Below, piece after piece: positions 29,071 through 38,519 of a DNA stretch of 64,000 nucleotides. The position numbers and the translations under genes are program-made. Position 1 is the stretch's first letter. The number at the start of each line of letters is the position of its first letter. Under the pieces are notes generated by a model that was not told the DNA's origin, searched no databases, and saw only the letters and a list, made by a program, of their open reading frames with translations. Where the stretch lies: positions 5,566 through 69,565 of the forward strand of contig JACPKP010000002.1 in the NCBI GenBank assembly GCA_016186955.1, written 5' to 3'. This DNA is from Candidatus Daviesbacteria bacterium. Its GTDB lineage: Bacteria > Patescibacteriota > Microgenomatia > Daviesbacterales > UBA10151.

Positions 29071-29849
29071 ACCCCTAACTCTCCTTTGCTAAACTGTCTT
29101 ATTGTATATCTTTCAATCCTTCTTTTTGGCTCCAAAACCATGCTGCCAAACATCTGCTTAATAAGTTCCAAAATTTCTATTTTCTCAGGACTTTCTGAAG
29201 ATAAAACCGCTGTTTCATTTCTGGTTATTGCATCCTTTAAATCACCACTAAATCCTGTCAGCCCTCTGCCGACAGAAAAAAAGTGGCCGTCGCTGCTGCC
29301 TATTGCCGCTCCGAGTTGTTTGGGAAAATCCCTATAAAATTTTTGTGCAGATTTGTTTGCCCCGATAAAAATATTATCCAAAATCCCTGCATTAAAAATT
29401 TCAAACCCGTCAAAATAGACCATTGAATCCTGGCTGTTGGTTGCCCTTAAAATATCCTGCTTTGTTATTGACCGGGTTAGACGGTACATCGGATGGGGAG
29501 CAACAGCCAACCCATCCTGTTTGTGGATTTCTTTTATGGTCCATTCTAGATTTTTACCGCTTGGTATATCATTTTTAAGATACAATCCAACCAGATGGCC
29601 TTCTGATGTGGTAATTTCAGATCCTACTATTACCTCCAGGTCATATCCCATCCTGCGGCAGTAATTTTTTGCATAAATTGCAGGCCCGGTAACCTCGTGG
29701 TCTGTAATGGCTAAAACATTCAGGTTCAAATTACGCGCTGCCAGATCAATTACACTTTTAGGGTCCATCCTACCATCAGACCTACTGGTATGCATATGTA
29801 AATCTGCAAATTTTATATTAGGTAAAACTTTGCCAATAATCTCTCGCAT
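29067..29849 (-). CDS. PHP-domain phosphoesterase
   Basis: [32 protein letters not shown]. Confidence 0.9.
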   Translation of the reverse strand: MREIIGKVLPNIKFADLHMHTSRSDGRMDPKSVIDLAARNLNLNVLAITDHEVTGPAIYAKNYCRRMGYDLEVIVGSEITTSEGHLVGLYLKNDIPSGKNLEWTIKEIHKQDGLAVAPHPMYRLTRSITKQDILRATNSQDSMVYFDGFEIFNAGILDNIFIGANKSAQKFYRDFPKQLGAAIGSSDGHFFSVGRGLTGFSGDLKDAITRNETAVLSSESPEKIEILELIKQMFGSMVLEPKRRIERYTIRQFSKGELGV

Positions 29850-30707
29850 TTAACCTCTCTTAATTCTTTGGACTTTGTCACTTTCGAAAAGTTTTTTCCG
29901 TTGTTTTTCGATTTCTCTAATGTGCTCTTCTACTGGCAGATTTTCTGGCATGGTTCCACCAATATCTTTAATAGCTTGTCTTACCTTTTTACCTACTACA
30001 AAATGAGTTTGATTAGCTTTATCTCCATTAGAAATTTGGTCCTTAACTAATTTTTCATCAGTTTGGGTAATTCTGAATAGGTTTGCAGCTAATTCTGTAG
30101 TACCAGCTCTATCTAAAATATCATCCTTACCGATACCCTTTTTATGCTGTATCTGTTTGTTCCTGAGTCCATATAAACCTAAGTAGCCTGCGTTATTAAA
30201 TTTTCCAAAATTAGTAACGCCTGATTTTTGTGCAGTCACAAACAATTTTTTGTTATTATCTCTAACTTCACCTCTGACAAATAGCCTCTTCTCGTTTCCA
30301 TTTAAAGATTCAAAAATTTCCTGGCGTCTAGCCTGGATTGCAAAATAAGTCTGAGCTCGGGCAATCGCTTCCTTAGCAGGATCCCCATTTTGTGCTATAA
30401 GATAACATGCATAACGCGATAGCTTATAATCCTCAATTGCCCTGATTACTTGTTTGGGGCTTCCCGCCGCGATATGTATCATTTTGTTGATATCAACAAA
30501 ATGATATTCTATTTTTTGTTTACTCTTATTACAGGCTTCTTGCGCTTTTAAAATAACCCCCTTAAAATTCCTCCATTCTGAATATTCCAGAAGCGGCATC
30601 AATGCCCGTGCTTCCCAGTACTCAAAACCATTTTCATCATTTTTTTTAATATCCTCAAAATTTTTATGGGGGGTGTTGATCATCATAAGTGAATCTTGCT
30701 TAGCCAT
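29850..30707 (-). CDS. dinD: DNA damage-inducible protein D (BRO-N domain)
   Basis: EYWEARALMPLLEY, DYKLSRYACYLIAQNGDP, AQTYFA, ELAANLFRITQT, IGGTMPENLP. Confidence 0.92.
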   Translation of the reverse strand: MAKQDSLMMINTPHKNFEDIKKNDENGFEYWEARALMPLLEYSEWRNFKGVILKAQEACNKSKQKIEYHFVDINKMIHIAAGSPKQVIRAIEDYKLSRYACYLIAQNGDPAKEAIARAQTYFAIQARRQEIFESLNGNEKRLFVRGEVRDNNKKLFVTAQKSGVTNFGKFNNAGYLGLYGLRNKQIQHKKGIGKDDILDRAGTTELAANLFRITQTDEKLVKDQISNGDKANQTHFVVGKKVRQAIKDIGGTMPENLPVEEHIREIEKQRKKLFESDKVQRIKRG

Positions 30708-31296
30708 ATTTAGTTGCTTTTAACACAACATACCCTTCCTTGTTTGCTATTATCTCATGAGAGGAAAAATATTTTTCAAATAGTCGTTTGACAAATGGTT
30801 TCATTCTTGATTGTATAACCCAATAAACATGACCATTTTCCTTTAAATGATCCACACATGCTTTGGTTGCCTCCTCTAAATATTCATTACCTAAATGCTG
30901 CGCAGGATTTGATAGTATCAAATCATATTTTCTATGTGCTTCAGCGCTAAAATTGTCGCTTAAGCATACCTTAATATTTTCAAGCTTATTCAGCTTTGCA
31001 TTTTCTTTTGCTAAATTAATGACTCTTAAATTGACATCAAACAAGTGAGTAACTCCTTTTGTATTTAGTTTCGCAGCTACAAAACCAATTATTCCTGTTC
31101 CACAACCTAAATCAGCAACTGATGATCCATTATTAATTTCCATCATCTCAATCAGCAACCTGCTCCCTAAATCTAGACCATGTTTAGAAAACACACCTGG
31201 TTTGGTGCGGAATTTAATTTCAAATCCCCGTAAATTTGCTGTAACAAGACTGTCATTCCTGGCTTGACCAGGAATCCAGATATCAGATTTCTTCAT
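30700..31296 (-). CDS. RsmC-like small methyltransferase (MTS family)
   Basis: PGVFSKHGLDLGSRLL, DLGCGTG, ILSNP. Confidence 0.85.
   Translation of the reverse strand: MKKSDIWIPGQARNDSLVTANLRGFEIKFRTKPGVFSKHGLDLGSRLLIEMMEINNGSSVADLGCGTGIIGFVAAKLNTKGVTHLFDVNLRVINLAKENAKLNKLENIKVCLSDNFSAEAHRKYDLILSNPAQHLGNEYLEEATKACVDHLKENGHVYWVIQSRMKPFVKRLFEKYFSSHEIIANKEGYVVLKATKYG
31252..31277. repeat. REP-like palindrome downstream of the GIY-YIG gene
   Basis: GTCATTCCTGG-CTTGA-CCAGGAATCC. Confidence 0.85.
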
Positions 31297-31562
31297 ATAA
31301 ATCTTTCCATTTTGGATTTTGTTTTTCTATTAACTCTAATTTCCAATTTCTCTTCCATTTTTTTAATTGTTTTTCCCTCAATATTGCTTGCCCCACATCT
31401 TCCGTTTGTTCAAAATATACTAATATATGAATCCCATATTTCTCTGTAAATCCCTTTACCAATTCATTTTTATGTTCCCATTACCCTTCTTTGTAAATCA
31501 TTTGTCACACCAATATACAAAGTCCCATTTCTTTGGCTAGCCAGGATGTAAATGTAATACAT
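31283..31562 (-). pseudogene. Small GIY-YIG nuclease with a single +1 frameshift
   Basis: MYYIYILASQRNGTLYIGVTNDLQRRV / WEHKNELVKGFTEKY...AILREKQLKKWKRNWKLELIEKQNPKWKDLYEEI*; one extra A near 31481; length 280 nt = 93 codons + 1. Confidence 0.9.
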
Positions 31563-31568
31563 TTTTCT

Positions 31569-31593
31569 AGATCCCTGCTTTCGCAGGGATGAC
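31569..31593. repeat. REP-like palindrome upstream of the GIY-YIG gene
   Basis: AGATCCCTGC-TTTC-GCAGGGATGAC. Confidence 0.85.
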
Positions 31594-31617
31594 AGTTACA
31601 TTTTGCCTTAAAAGAAC

Positions 31618-31640
31618 AAAAAACCCCGGTTGCCCGAGGC
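31618..31640 (-). terminator. Terminator after dnaK
   Basis: GCCTCGG-GCAA-CCGGGGT followed by a T run. Confidence 0.7.
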
Positions 31641-31669
31641 ATGACTAGTTACGAGAAACTAGTTACCAG

Positions 31670-33649
31670 TTACTGGCTTTTTTCTTCCACTACTTCTCCC
31701 TCAACAGCCTCGTCCGTCGAAGCCTTGGCGGAGTCGGACTCATCCTTTTTCTTTGCTGTTTTTTCCGGCTCCTCTGACCCGCTGGCTTCTGAGTCTTTCT
31801 GAGCCTCTTCTGAATTTTGTGTTTCTTCCGACTTCTGACCTCCGGCATCTGACTTCTGATCTTGATACATTGCTGCCCCTACTTTTTGCAAAACCTCCCC
31901 CAACGCATCCGCTTTGGCTTTTACATCCTCAACAGTCCCGGTATCTTTTATGCTTTTTAGCTCTGAAACTTTTTGCTCAACATCGGTCCTTATATCCGCC
32001 GGAACTTTTTCTCCCGCATCTTTTAAGCTCTTTTCAGCAGTATAAATTAAAGTATCAGCCTGATTTCTAACCTCTATCTCTTTCTTTTTCTTTTTATCTT
32101 CCTCAGCATGAGCTTCGGCCTCTTTGGTCATCCTTTCCACTTCGGTTTTATCAAGCCCTGTTGAACCGGTGATGGTAATTTTTTGCTCTTTGCCGGTGGC
32201 TTTATCTTTGGCGGAGACATTCAAAATCCCGTTAGCGTCAATATCAAATGTCACCTCAACTTGAGGCACACCCCTGGGCGCTGGAGGAATACCATCTAAA
32301 ATAAACCTACCCAAAGATTTGTTATCTGCTGCCATCTGCCGCTCACCCTGCAAAACATTAATCTCAACTGAAGTCTGGTTGTCTGCAGCTGTTGAGAAAA
32401 CCTCGGATTTAGAAGTAGGAATGGTAGTATTCCTGTTAATAAGCGGGGTAGAAACACTGCCTAAAGTTTCAATGCCTAAAGTCAATGGTGTCACATCCAA
32501 AAGCAAAACATCCTTTACTTCTCCACCTAACACCCCTCCCTGGATTGCAGCGCCGATCGCCACCACCTCATCCGGATTTATACCTTTGTGGGGTTCCTTG
32601 CCAAAAAATTCAGTAACAGCTTTTTGCACAGCCGGCATTCTTGTCATACCGCCTACTAAAACCACCTCATCTACTTTGGATGTTTCGATCTTAGCGTCTT
32701 TGATAGCGTTTTTTACCGCGTCAAAGGATTTATTAATCAACTCTTGCACCAAAGATTCCAGCTTCGCCCTGGTTAACTTCATCTCCAGATGCTTCGGACC
32801 GGATGAGTCTGCAGTTACAAAAGGTATGGAGATATCAGTTTCCTGGGATGAGGACAGTTCAATCTTTGCTTTCTCAGCCGCGTCGCGGAGCCTTTGCAAA
32901 GCCTGCCTGTCGCCTTTTAAGTCTATCCCCTCTTTCTTTTTAAAATCATCCGCTAAAAAATCAATAATTTTCTGGTCAAAGTCATCACCACCCAAATGGG
33001 TATCGCCGTTGGTGGATTTAACCTCAAAAACCCCCTCGCCCAAATCCAAAATTGAGATATCAAAAGTCCCGCCGCCTAAATCATAAACTGCAATGGTATG
33101 GGCGCCGGCTTTATCCAGCCCATAAGCTAGCGCCGCAGCAGTGGGTTCATTAATAATTCTTTTAACATCCAACCCGGCAATCTCTCCTGCTTGTTTGGTC
33201 GCCTGGCGCTGGGCATCATCAAAATAAGCCGGGACAGTGATAACTGCATCTGTCACTTTTTCACCCAAATAACTCTCTGCATCAGCTTTAATTTTTCCTA
33301 AAATCATGGCAGAAATTTCCTGGGGAGTATATTCATGGCTCTCTACGTCCACCACAGCCATACCATTTTTACCTGATTTAATTTCATAAGGCAGCCACTC
33401 CATATCCCTTTTGACCTCAGGATCAGCAAACTTCCGCCCCATCAGCCTTTTTACAGAAAATATTGTCTCTTTAGGGTTAACCACAGCCTGCCTTTTTGCC
33501 ACTCTTCCCACAATATTTTTAACAGGGTTGACAACAGAGGGGATAATATTTTCCCCCTCAGCAGAGTGGATGACTTTGGGTTTTCCACCCTCCATCACCG
33601 CCACTGCGCTATTTGTTGTACCAAGATCTATACCAATTATTTTACTCAT
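31670..33649 (-). CDS. dnaK: Chaperone DnaK
   Basis: [37 protein letters not shown]; start MSKIIG after GGAGG. Confidence 0.98.
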   Translation of the reverse strand: MSKIIGIDLGTTNSAVAVMEGGKPKVIHSAEGENIIPSVVNPVKNIVGRVAKRQAVVNPKETIFSVKRLMGRKFADPEVKRDMEWLPYEIKSGKNGMAVVDVESHEYTPQEISAMILGKIKADAESYLGEKVTDAVITVPAYFDDAQRQATKQAGEIAGLDVKRIINEPTAAALAYGLDKAGAHTIAVYDLGGGTFDISILDLGEGVFEVKSTNGDTHLGGDDFDQKIIDFLADDFKKKEGIDLKGDRQALQRLRDAAEKAKIELSSSQETDISIPFVTADSSGPKHLEMKLTRAKLESLVQELINKSFDAVKNAIKDAKIETSKVDEVVLVGGMTRMPAVQKAVTEFFGKEPHKGINPDEVVAIGAAIQGGVLGGEVKDVLLLDVTPLTLGIETLGSVSTPLINRNTTIPTSKSEVFSTAADNQTSVEINVLQGERQMAADNKSLGRFILDGIPPAPRGVPQVEVTFDIDANGILNVSAKDKATGKEQKITITGSTGLDKTEVERMTKEAEAHAEEDKKKKKEIEVRNQADTLIYTAEKSLKDAGEKVPADIRTDVEQKVSELKSIKDTGTVEDVKAKADALGEVLQKVGAAMYQDQKSDAGGQKSEETQNSEEAQKDSEASGSEEPEKTAKKKDESDSAKASTDEAVEGEVVEEKSQ

Positions 33650-33650
33650 A

Positions 33651-33833
33651 TTATTTTTCCTCCTTTTCTGTTTCAGTATAAAGTTCCACTTTGCCACATT
33701 TAGGACATTTTAAGGCAATAATTTTTGTTCGCTCGTCACCTTCACCCATCCATGACATATTCGCAACTTCCTGGATTAATCTATCAACTAGCTTACCTTT
33801 CTCCATCTCACTTTGATCATTTGGACATTTCAT
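33651..33833 (-). CDS. Small zinc-ribbon protein
   Basis: [13 protein letters not shown]...[10 protein letters not shown]. Confidence 0.7.
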   Translation of the reverse strand: MKCPNDQSEMEKGKLVDRLIQEVANMSWMGEGDERTKIIALKCPKCGKVELYTETEKEEK

Positions 33834-33842
33834 TTTTTATTT

Positions 33843-33916
33843 TGTCATTGCGAGCGATTAGCGTGGCAATCTCGTTTAACAAGATCCTCACGTCGGATGC
33901 ACTCCTCAGGATGACA
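33843..33916. repeat. REP-like doublet (TGTCAT...ATGACA) that supplies the grpE stop codon
   Basis: GTCATTGCGAGCGATTAGCGTGGCAATCTC...AGATCCTCACGTCGGATGCACTCCTCAGGATGAC. Confidence 0.8.
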
Positions 33917-34409
33917 TTTCCTTCCTCCCTACTACTACCTTAGCTGGCCTCAGCACTTTTCCATTTAAATTATAACCCTTTTCTGCAACTTCTAATATTT
34001 TATCATATTCCCCTTCACGCATATCTACAGCTTCATGTAAGCTTGGATCAAACCTTGTCCCGAGCGAAGTCGAGGGATCTATTTCAATTTCCTCCAAACC
34101 CTCATCCTTCAAAACCTGTTGGAACTGTTTAACCGCAAGCTCCATCCCTTTATACCATCCAGAGGCTTTTTCTTCTTCACTTGCCCCTTCCATAGCCTTC
34201 TCCAAATGGTCCAATACAGCCAAAAGCTTCCTGATTAACTCAGTTGTTGCCCAGTTTGTCAACTCAGATCTCCCCTCAGCCACTCTTTTTTCTAAATTCT
34301 GATAATCAGCCACTGCCCTTTTTAATTGATTCTGCAGATTATCAAAATCCTGCTTTAATTTTTCAAAGTCATCTTTGCTGACCATATTTTCATTTTTCTG
34401 TTTTTTCAT
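33906..34409 (-). CDS. grpE: Nucleotide exchange factor GrpE
   Basis: RAVADYQNLEKR, FDPSLHEAV, KGYNLNGKVLRPAKVVV. Confidence 0.95.
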   Translation of the reverse strand: MKKQKNENMVSKDDFEKLKQDFDNLQNQLKRAVADYQNLEKRVAEGRSELTNWATTELIRKLLAVLDHLEKAMEGASEEEKASGWYKGMELAVKQFQQVLKDEGLEEIEIDPSTSLGTRFDPSLHEAVDMREGEYDKILEVAEKGYNLNGKVLRPAKVVVGRKEMSS

Positions 34410-34419
34410 AGTTATAACT

Positions 34420-34525
34420 TAAATCGCAAAACGCAAATCTTAAATCTACATCTAAAATTTAAAAACTTTATAGATTTAATTTTTTAGTTGTAGTTTTGAC
34501 TTTTAACATTTGAGTTTTGAGATCG
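34420..34525. repeat. AT-rich heptamer-based inverted repeat element between hrcA and grpE
   Basis: aaatcgcaaaacgcaaatcttaaatctaca...tgtagttttgacttttaacatttgagttttgagat. Confidence 0.55.
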
Positions 34526-34528
34526 TTC

Positions 34529-35260
34529 CTACCAGGAACGTAATGCTTGCTCTACCAAATTACTGGTATACCTGACATAAGGCAGGACTACAGGAAAGTT
34601 CAGCCTGGCAGGGCCTATCACCCCCACCACCCCTTCTTTTCCATTCCTTGCCCCAAACTTACAAAACACAAAACTGGTTGGCGCTAAATCCGCATACCCC
34701 AGATCTTCCCCAAACAAGACGTGTAGCGGATCCTGCCCGACTGCCTGGCCTATTATCTGCTTTAAGGTTGGGTACTCATCAAAAAGCGACAGTACAAACC
34801 TGGCAACATCAATGTCTTCAAATTCAGGCCAATCTAAAATATTGGCTGCCCCGGCATAAAACATCTCTCCCTCATCATCAACTGCCAAAGCTAGGATCTG
34901 CAGACGGTGTGCCAAACCCCGGACAGCTTCTTTCAAAAGCCTATTTTCCTTAAACCGCTGCTGCCATAAATTTTCCTTGATGGAAACTTCAGCCGATACA
35001 GGCAGTTCCTTTTCCTTCATCAAATCAGAGATATAAACCCGAAAACCCATGGAAGTAGGAATCCTCCCCGCAGAAGTATGGGGCTGCTTCAAAAAACCCA
35101 TTGTAGTCAAATGCACCATCTCGTTGCGGATTGTAGCAGGGGAAACGCCTAAGCTTGCATGCTTTTCGATAAGTTCTGAACCAATCGGTTCGCCACCTTT
35201 AACATACAATTCAACAACAGCTTTAAGTAAATCTTTTTGCCTACTAGTCAAGTCTGTCAT
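34529..35260 (-). CDS. hrcA: Heat-inducible repressor HrcA (short form)
   Basis: LTSRQ, EPIGS, SPATIRNEM, QPHTSAGRIPT, GVIGPARL. Confidence 0.95.
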   Translation of the reverse strand: MTDLTSRQKDLLKAVVELYVKGGEPIGSELIEKHASLGVSPATIRNEMVHLTTMGFLKQPHTSAGRIPTSMGFRVYISDLMKEKELPVSAEVSIKENLWQQRFKENRLLKEAVRGLAHRLQILALAVDDEGEMFYAGAANILDWPEFEDIDVARFVLSLFDEYPTLKQIIGQAVGQDPLHVLFGEDLGYADLAPTSFVFCKFGARNGKEGVVGVIGPARLNFPVVLPYVRYTSNLVEQALRSW

Positions 35261-35272
35261 AATTCTCTTTGG

Positions 35273-35309
35273 TTAGCAGTAAGATACCACGAGTGCTAAA
35301 AAATGTCAA
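35273..35309 (-). promoter_or_regulatory. CIRCE operator overlapping the hrcA promoter
   Basis: TTAGCACTC-N9-TACTGCTAA (35299-35273) inside TTGACA-N17-TATCTT. Confidence 0.9.
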
Positions 35310-35335
35310 GACCCTTTTTGGGATATACTAAATTT

Positions 35336-36346
35336 GTGGCGCATACTTACAAGGAGTCCGGCATTGATTATGAGGCAATGGATAAGCTTAAAAACGCCGC
35401 TTTAAACTATTCAGGCAACCGTCAAAATTTAATTGAATTTCCCAATTTTTATTTAGTTGATATCCTGGAAGGTTTGGGCAGCTTAAACAAACTTGCAGAC
35501 ACTATCTACCAAAAAACCCAACAGGATTATTATTTTCAAGTTGGCTGGGGTAATGCTGCCTCGGTTTTAAATGATTTGGCAGTCACCGGTGCAACACCGT
35601 TAACAATCAAATTGTTCATCGCTGCAGGCCATGCCAATTGGTTTAAAAATCAAGATTGCTGGCAGAACTTAATAGCAGGATTTGGTGAAGCTGCAAAATT
35701 TGCATCCTGCAGCTGGAATGGTGGTGAGACACAAACTCTTCCCGGTTTAATCCAGGAGGATTCTTTTATACTGGCAGGTTCCGCAACAGGCATTATTAAA
35801 CCCAAACGCCAAATCCTGGAAGAGAAAAAAATCAGGCCCGGCGATAGGATAATTTTATGTGAAAGCTCCGGCATCCATACCAACGGGATAACATTTATCA
35901 GGAAAAATTTCCCGGATGACCTGGAGGTCTATACTGAAGCGGTTAAAAATAAAACCCTCATTTATCTCCCCTTCATTAATAAATTGCTCGCTGATAAAGT
36001 TGACATCCATTATGTTTCCCATATTACCGGCCACGGATGGAGAAAATTGATGAGGCCGAAGAGACCGTTTACTTATGTTTTAGAAGATATCCCCAAACCG
36101 CAGCTGATTTTCCAAAAAATCCGGGAAAAAAGCGCTATGGATGATAGACAGATGTATGCGGATTTTAACATGGGTGCGGGATTGGCGATCTATGCACCTT
36201 CCTCCTCGGTTGATAGGATTTTGAAAATTGCACAGAGCCAATCGGTTGCGGCTTTTGATGCAGGTTTTGTGGAGAAAGGTCCCAGAAAAGTCATCATAAA
36301 ACCAATTCATGTTGAATTTGATGGTGCAGATCTTAATATAAGATGA
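35336..36346 (+). CDS. PurM-like AIR synthase family protein
   Basis: TYKESGIDY, EGLGS, NDLAVTGATP, GGET, SSGIHTNG, HITGHG, FNMGAG; GTG start 6 nt after TATACT. Confidence 0.85.
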   Translation: MAHTYKESGIDYEAMDKLKNAALNYSGNRQNLIEFPNFYLVDILEGLGSLNKLADTIYQKTQQDYYFQVGWGNAASVLNDLAVTGATPLTIKLFIAAGHANWFKNQDCWQNLIAGFGEAAKFASCSWNGGETQTLPGLIQEDSFILAGSATGIIKPKRQILEEKKIRPGDRIILCESSGIHTNGITFIRKNFPDDLEVYTEAVKNKTLIYLPFINKLLADKVDIHYVSHITGHGWRKLMRPKRPFTYVLEDIPKPQLIFQKIREKSAMDDRQMYADFNMGAGLAIYAPSSSVDRILKIAQSQSVAAFDAGFVEKGPRKVIIKPIHVEFDGADLNIR

Positions 36347-36354
36347 CCCCTAAG

Positions 36355-36918
36355 TTAAATCATACCCAAAACAGATTCTGCAACATCCGGCAGATGAGTA
36401 CAGCTTTCTTCATTATCAATTGGTCCTGAAAAATGCCCCATGTTGTGTTTAATAATTACCTTTGCACCAAGTTTTTGTTTAAACTCTTCTGCATATTTTA
36501 AATCAACATACGGGTCATTGTCAGAATTTATTGCCACAAAATAGCGGGCTTTATTTTTTATTTTTTCAAAATTGACAGGAGCGGTAAAAAAATTTTTAAC
36601 CTCCGGAAATCCCAAGTCATCTGTAAATCCCGCGACAAGGACTGCTCCGTCAATTTTTTCGTTATCTTTCAATTGCTCCAAAAACCTAAGGATTGTTATA
36701 CATCCCAAACTGTGTCCGATAAGAAAAAGGCTACCATCAGTTTTGCCGGTCACATCTTTTAGTTTAGTCAGCCATAAAGATTGTTTAGGAAAATCAGTTT
36801 CAGGCATTTCGGGGACTGAAACCTCAAACCCTTTTTCTTCAAGCTCTTGTTTGGTTTTGGGGTACCAGCAATAGTCAGGATCCCCTCCCCAGCAATGGAC
36901 AATTACAACTTTTTTCAT
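36355..36918 (-). CDS. RBBP9/YdeN alpha/beta hydrolase
   Basis: IGHSLGC, SDNDPYV, MGHF. Confidence 0.9.
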   Translation of the reverse strand: MKKVVIVHCWGGDPDYCWYPKTKQELEEKGFEVSVPEMPETDFPKQSLWLTKLKDVTGKTDGSLFLIGHSLGCITILRFLEQLKDNEKIDGAVLVAGFTDDLGFPEVKNFFTAPVNFEKIKNKARYFVAINSDNDPYVDLKYAEEFKQKLGAKVIIKHNMGHFSGPIDNEESCTHLPDVAESVLGMI

Positions 36919-36962
36919 AATCCAATTCTACACCATAAACTGTTTTAGGATATAATCTCTCT

Positions 36963-37384
36963 ATGAATTTTGAAAAACTTTTGAAAAAATTAAAAGCTTT
37001 AAACTTGCCCAGAGATGAATTTGTGGTTGTGTCTTCGGGATCTATGGCAGTACGCGGAATAAGGGATGCCAGGGATCTGGATATATTAGTCACAGATAAA
37101 CTTTGGAGCTCTCTGTCTGAAAAATATCCTATCAAAAACGAGAACGGAATTGACAAAATTGAGGTTCATAGTAAGGATATCGAAATTTTAGGCGCTGGTT
37201 CAATATTTAGAGATTCTTCCATTGCTTCTTTAGAAGAAATTTTCAGATCCGCGGATATATTCGATGGTATCCGCTATATAAATTTGGAGCTTTTAAAAAA
37301 ATTCAAACAAAAATGGGCAGGGAAAAAGATTTGAGGGATATAGAATTAATTGATAAATATTTGTTAGAAAATAATGAGGGCTAA
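36963..37384 (+). pseudogene. Nucleotidyltransferase-like protein frameshifted near the C-terminus
   Basis: SSGSMAVRGIRDARDLDIL; adding one A to the run at 37309-37313 restores ...MGREKDLRDIELIDKYL. Confidence 0.65.
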
Positions 37385-37386
37385 CC

Positions 37387-37968
37387 ATGGATATAGCCCA
37401 GTTAATTTCAGAGGGAACTTTTAACAGGCCTTACAGAAAATACACTCTTAAATCTTCGCTTAACCCGGCAATAGCGTTTGCGATGAACCATCTTGGGGGT
37501 CTTGATGACAAAGATCGTATTTTAGATCCCTGTTGTGGATCAGCGACAATCTTGATTGAACGCCAATTATTAAAACCAGCATCTTGCATTGGTGTGGATA
37601 TTGATTCACAGGCATTGGATTGCGCCAAAGAAAATATTCAAACCGCAAAACTCACTATTCAATTAAAACACGGTAACATTCAAGACCAAAAATTTCCTGA
37701 CGGTTATTTCACAAAAATTATTTCCAACTTGCCTTATGGAATCCATTCGGGTTCCAGGGAGAAAAACATCGAACTGTATAGATTCTTAGCACAAATCTGT
37801 GAAAAATGGCTTAAACAGGACGGTAAAGCAATTTTGCTTACTACCTCTAAGAAGATTTTATGGAATGCTTTTGCAGATAAAAAATCAATGCAATTTATAG
37901 ATGAAATTCAAATCCCCTACGATAAACTGAACCGCTCAATATTTATCTACCAAAAAATTAACTCTTAA
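37387..37968 (+). CDS. SAM-dependent methyltransferase (TRM11/UPF0020-like, no THUMP domain)
   Basis: SLNPAIAFAM, LDPCCGSATILIE, ISNLPYG. Confidence 0.85.
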   Translation: MDIAQLISEGTFNRPYRKYTLKSSLNPAIAFAMNHLGGLDDKDRILDPCCGSATILIERQLLKPASCIGVDIDSQALDCAKENIQTAKLTIQLKHGNIQDQKFPDGYFTKIISNLPYGIHSGSREKNIELYRFLAQICEKWLKQDGKAILLTTSKKILWNAFADKKSMQFIDEIQIPYDKLNRSIFIYQKINS

Positions 37969-38002
37969 GGATCGTTAGAAATATCCCCAGGAAGATTTCA
38001 AT
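37958..38002 (-). repeat. Degenerate copy of the lepA 3' end
   Basis: Reads IEIFLGIFLTILKS* versus lepA VEIPQEAFLSILKS*. Confidence 0.65.
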
Positions 38003-38005
38003 AGT

Positions 38006-38504
38006 TTATGCCATGTAGCAGCATTTTCTTACTAAAAGCAGTTGCGGCTTAATTTTCATAATAAACTGATGGGGAAGTCTTTGCTCTATTGCAATATCAT
38101 GTTCATCCCTAGACCCTAAAGATTTTCTCCATCTTGGGGTAAACGATAGATCGCTTATATTTCCGCTTTGCAAAATTCCCCTCCAAAATTCTATAAAAAC
38201 AAAGTCTATCTCTGGTTTGGGTAATTTAAATTCTGTTAACCTTTCATAAACATCCGTCGTAAATATATCTGCTGCTGAAAAGAAAGCTGCACCAGGATAT
38301 CTTTGGCCCATAAGTAAAGTATATCCCTGCAATTTTGCCATGTTTTGGGGGATCTTATCTAAACCATCTGAACTTACCATCCCGGAAATAAATCCAATCC
38401 TTGCTTTGCCGTTTGCTTTTATATTTGAGGTAAGCCCTAATAGAGCTTCTTATCTCAGACAATGTCTGAGCATTTACAATAGCCCGGGATATCAACTCAT
38501 TCAT
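38006..38504 (-). pseudogene. Interrupted orphan gene
   Basis: TATAAT 7 nt before ATG 38504; the frame stops after 49 codons and overlaps the 38006-38380 ORF in another frame. Confidence 0.45.
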
Positions 38505-38519
38505 GGAGGTATTATAGCA

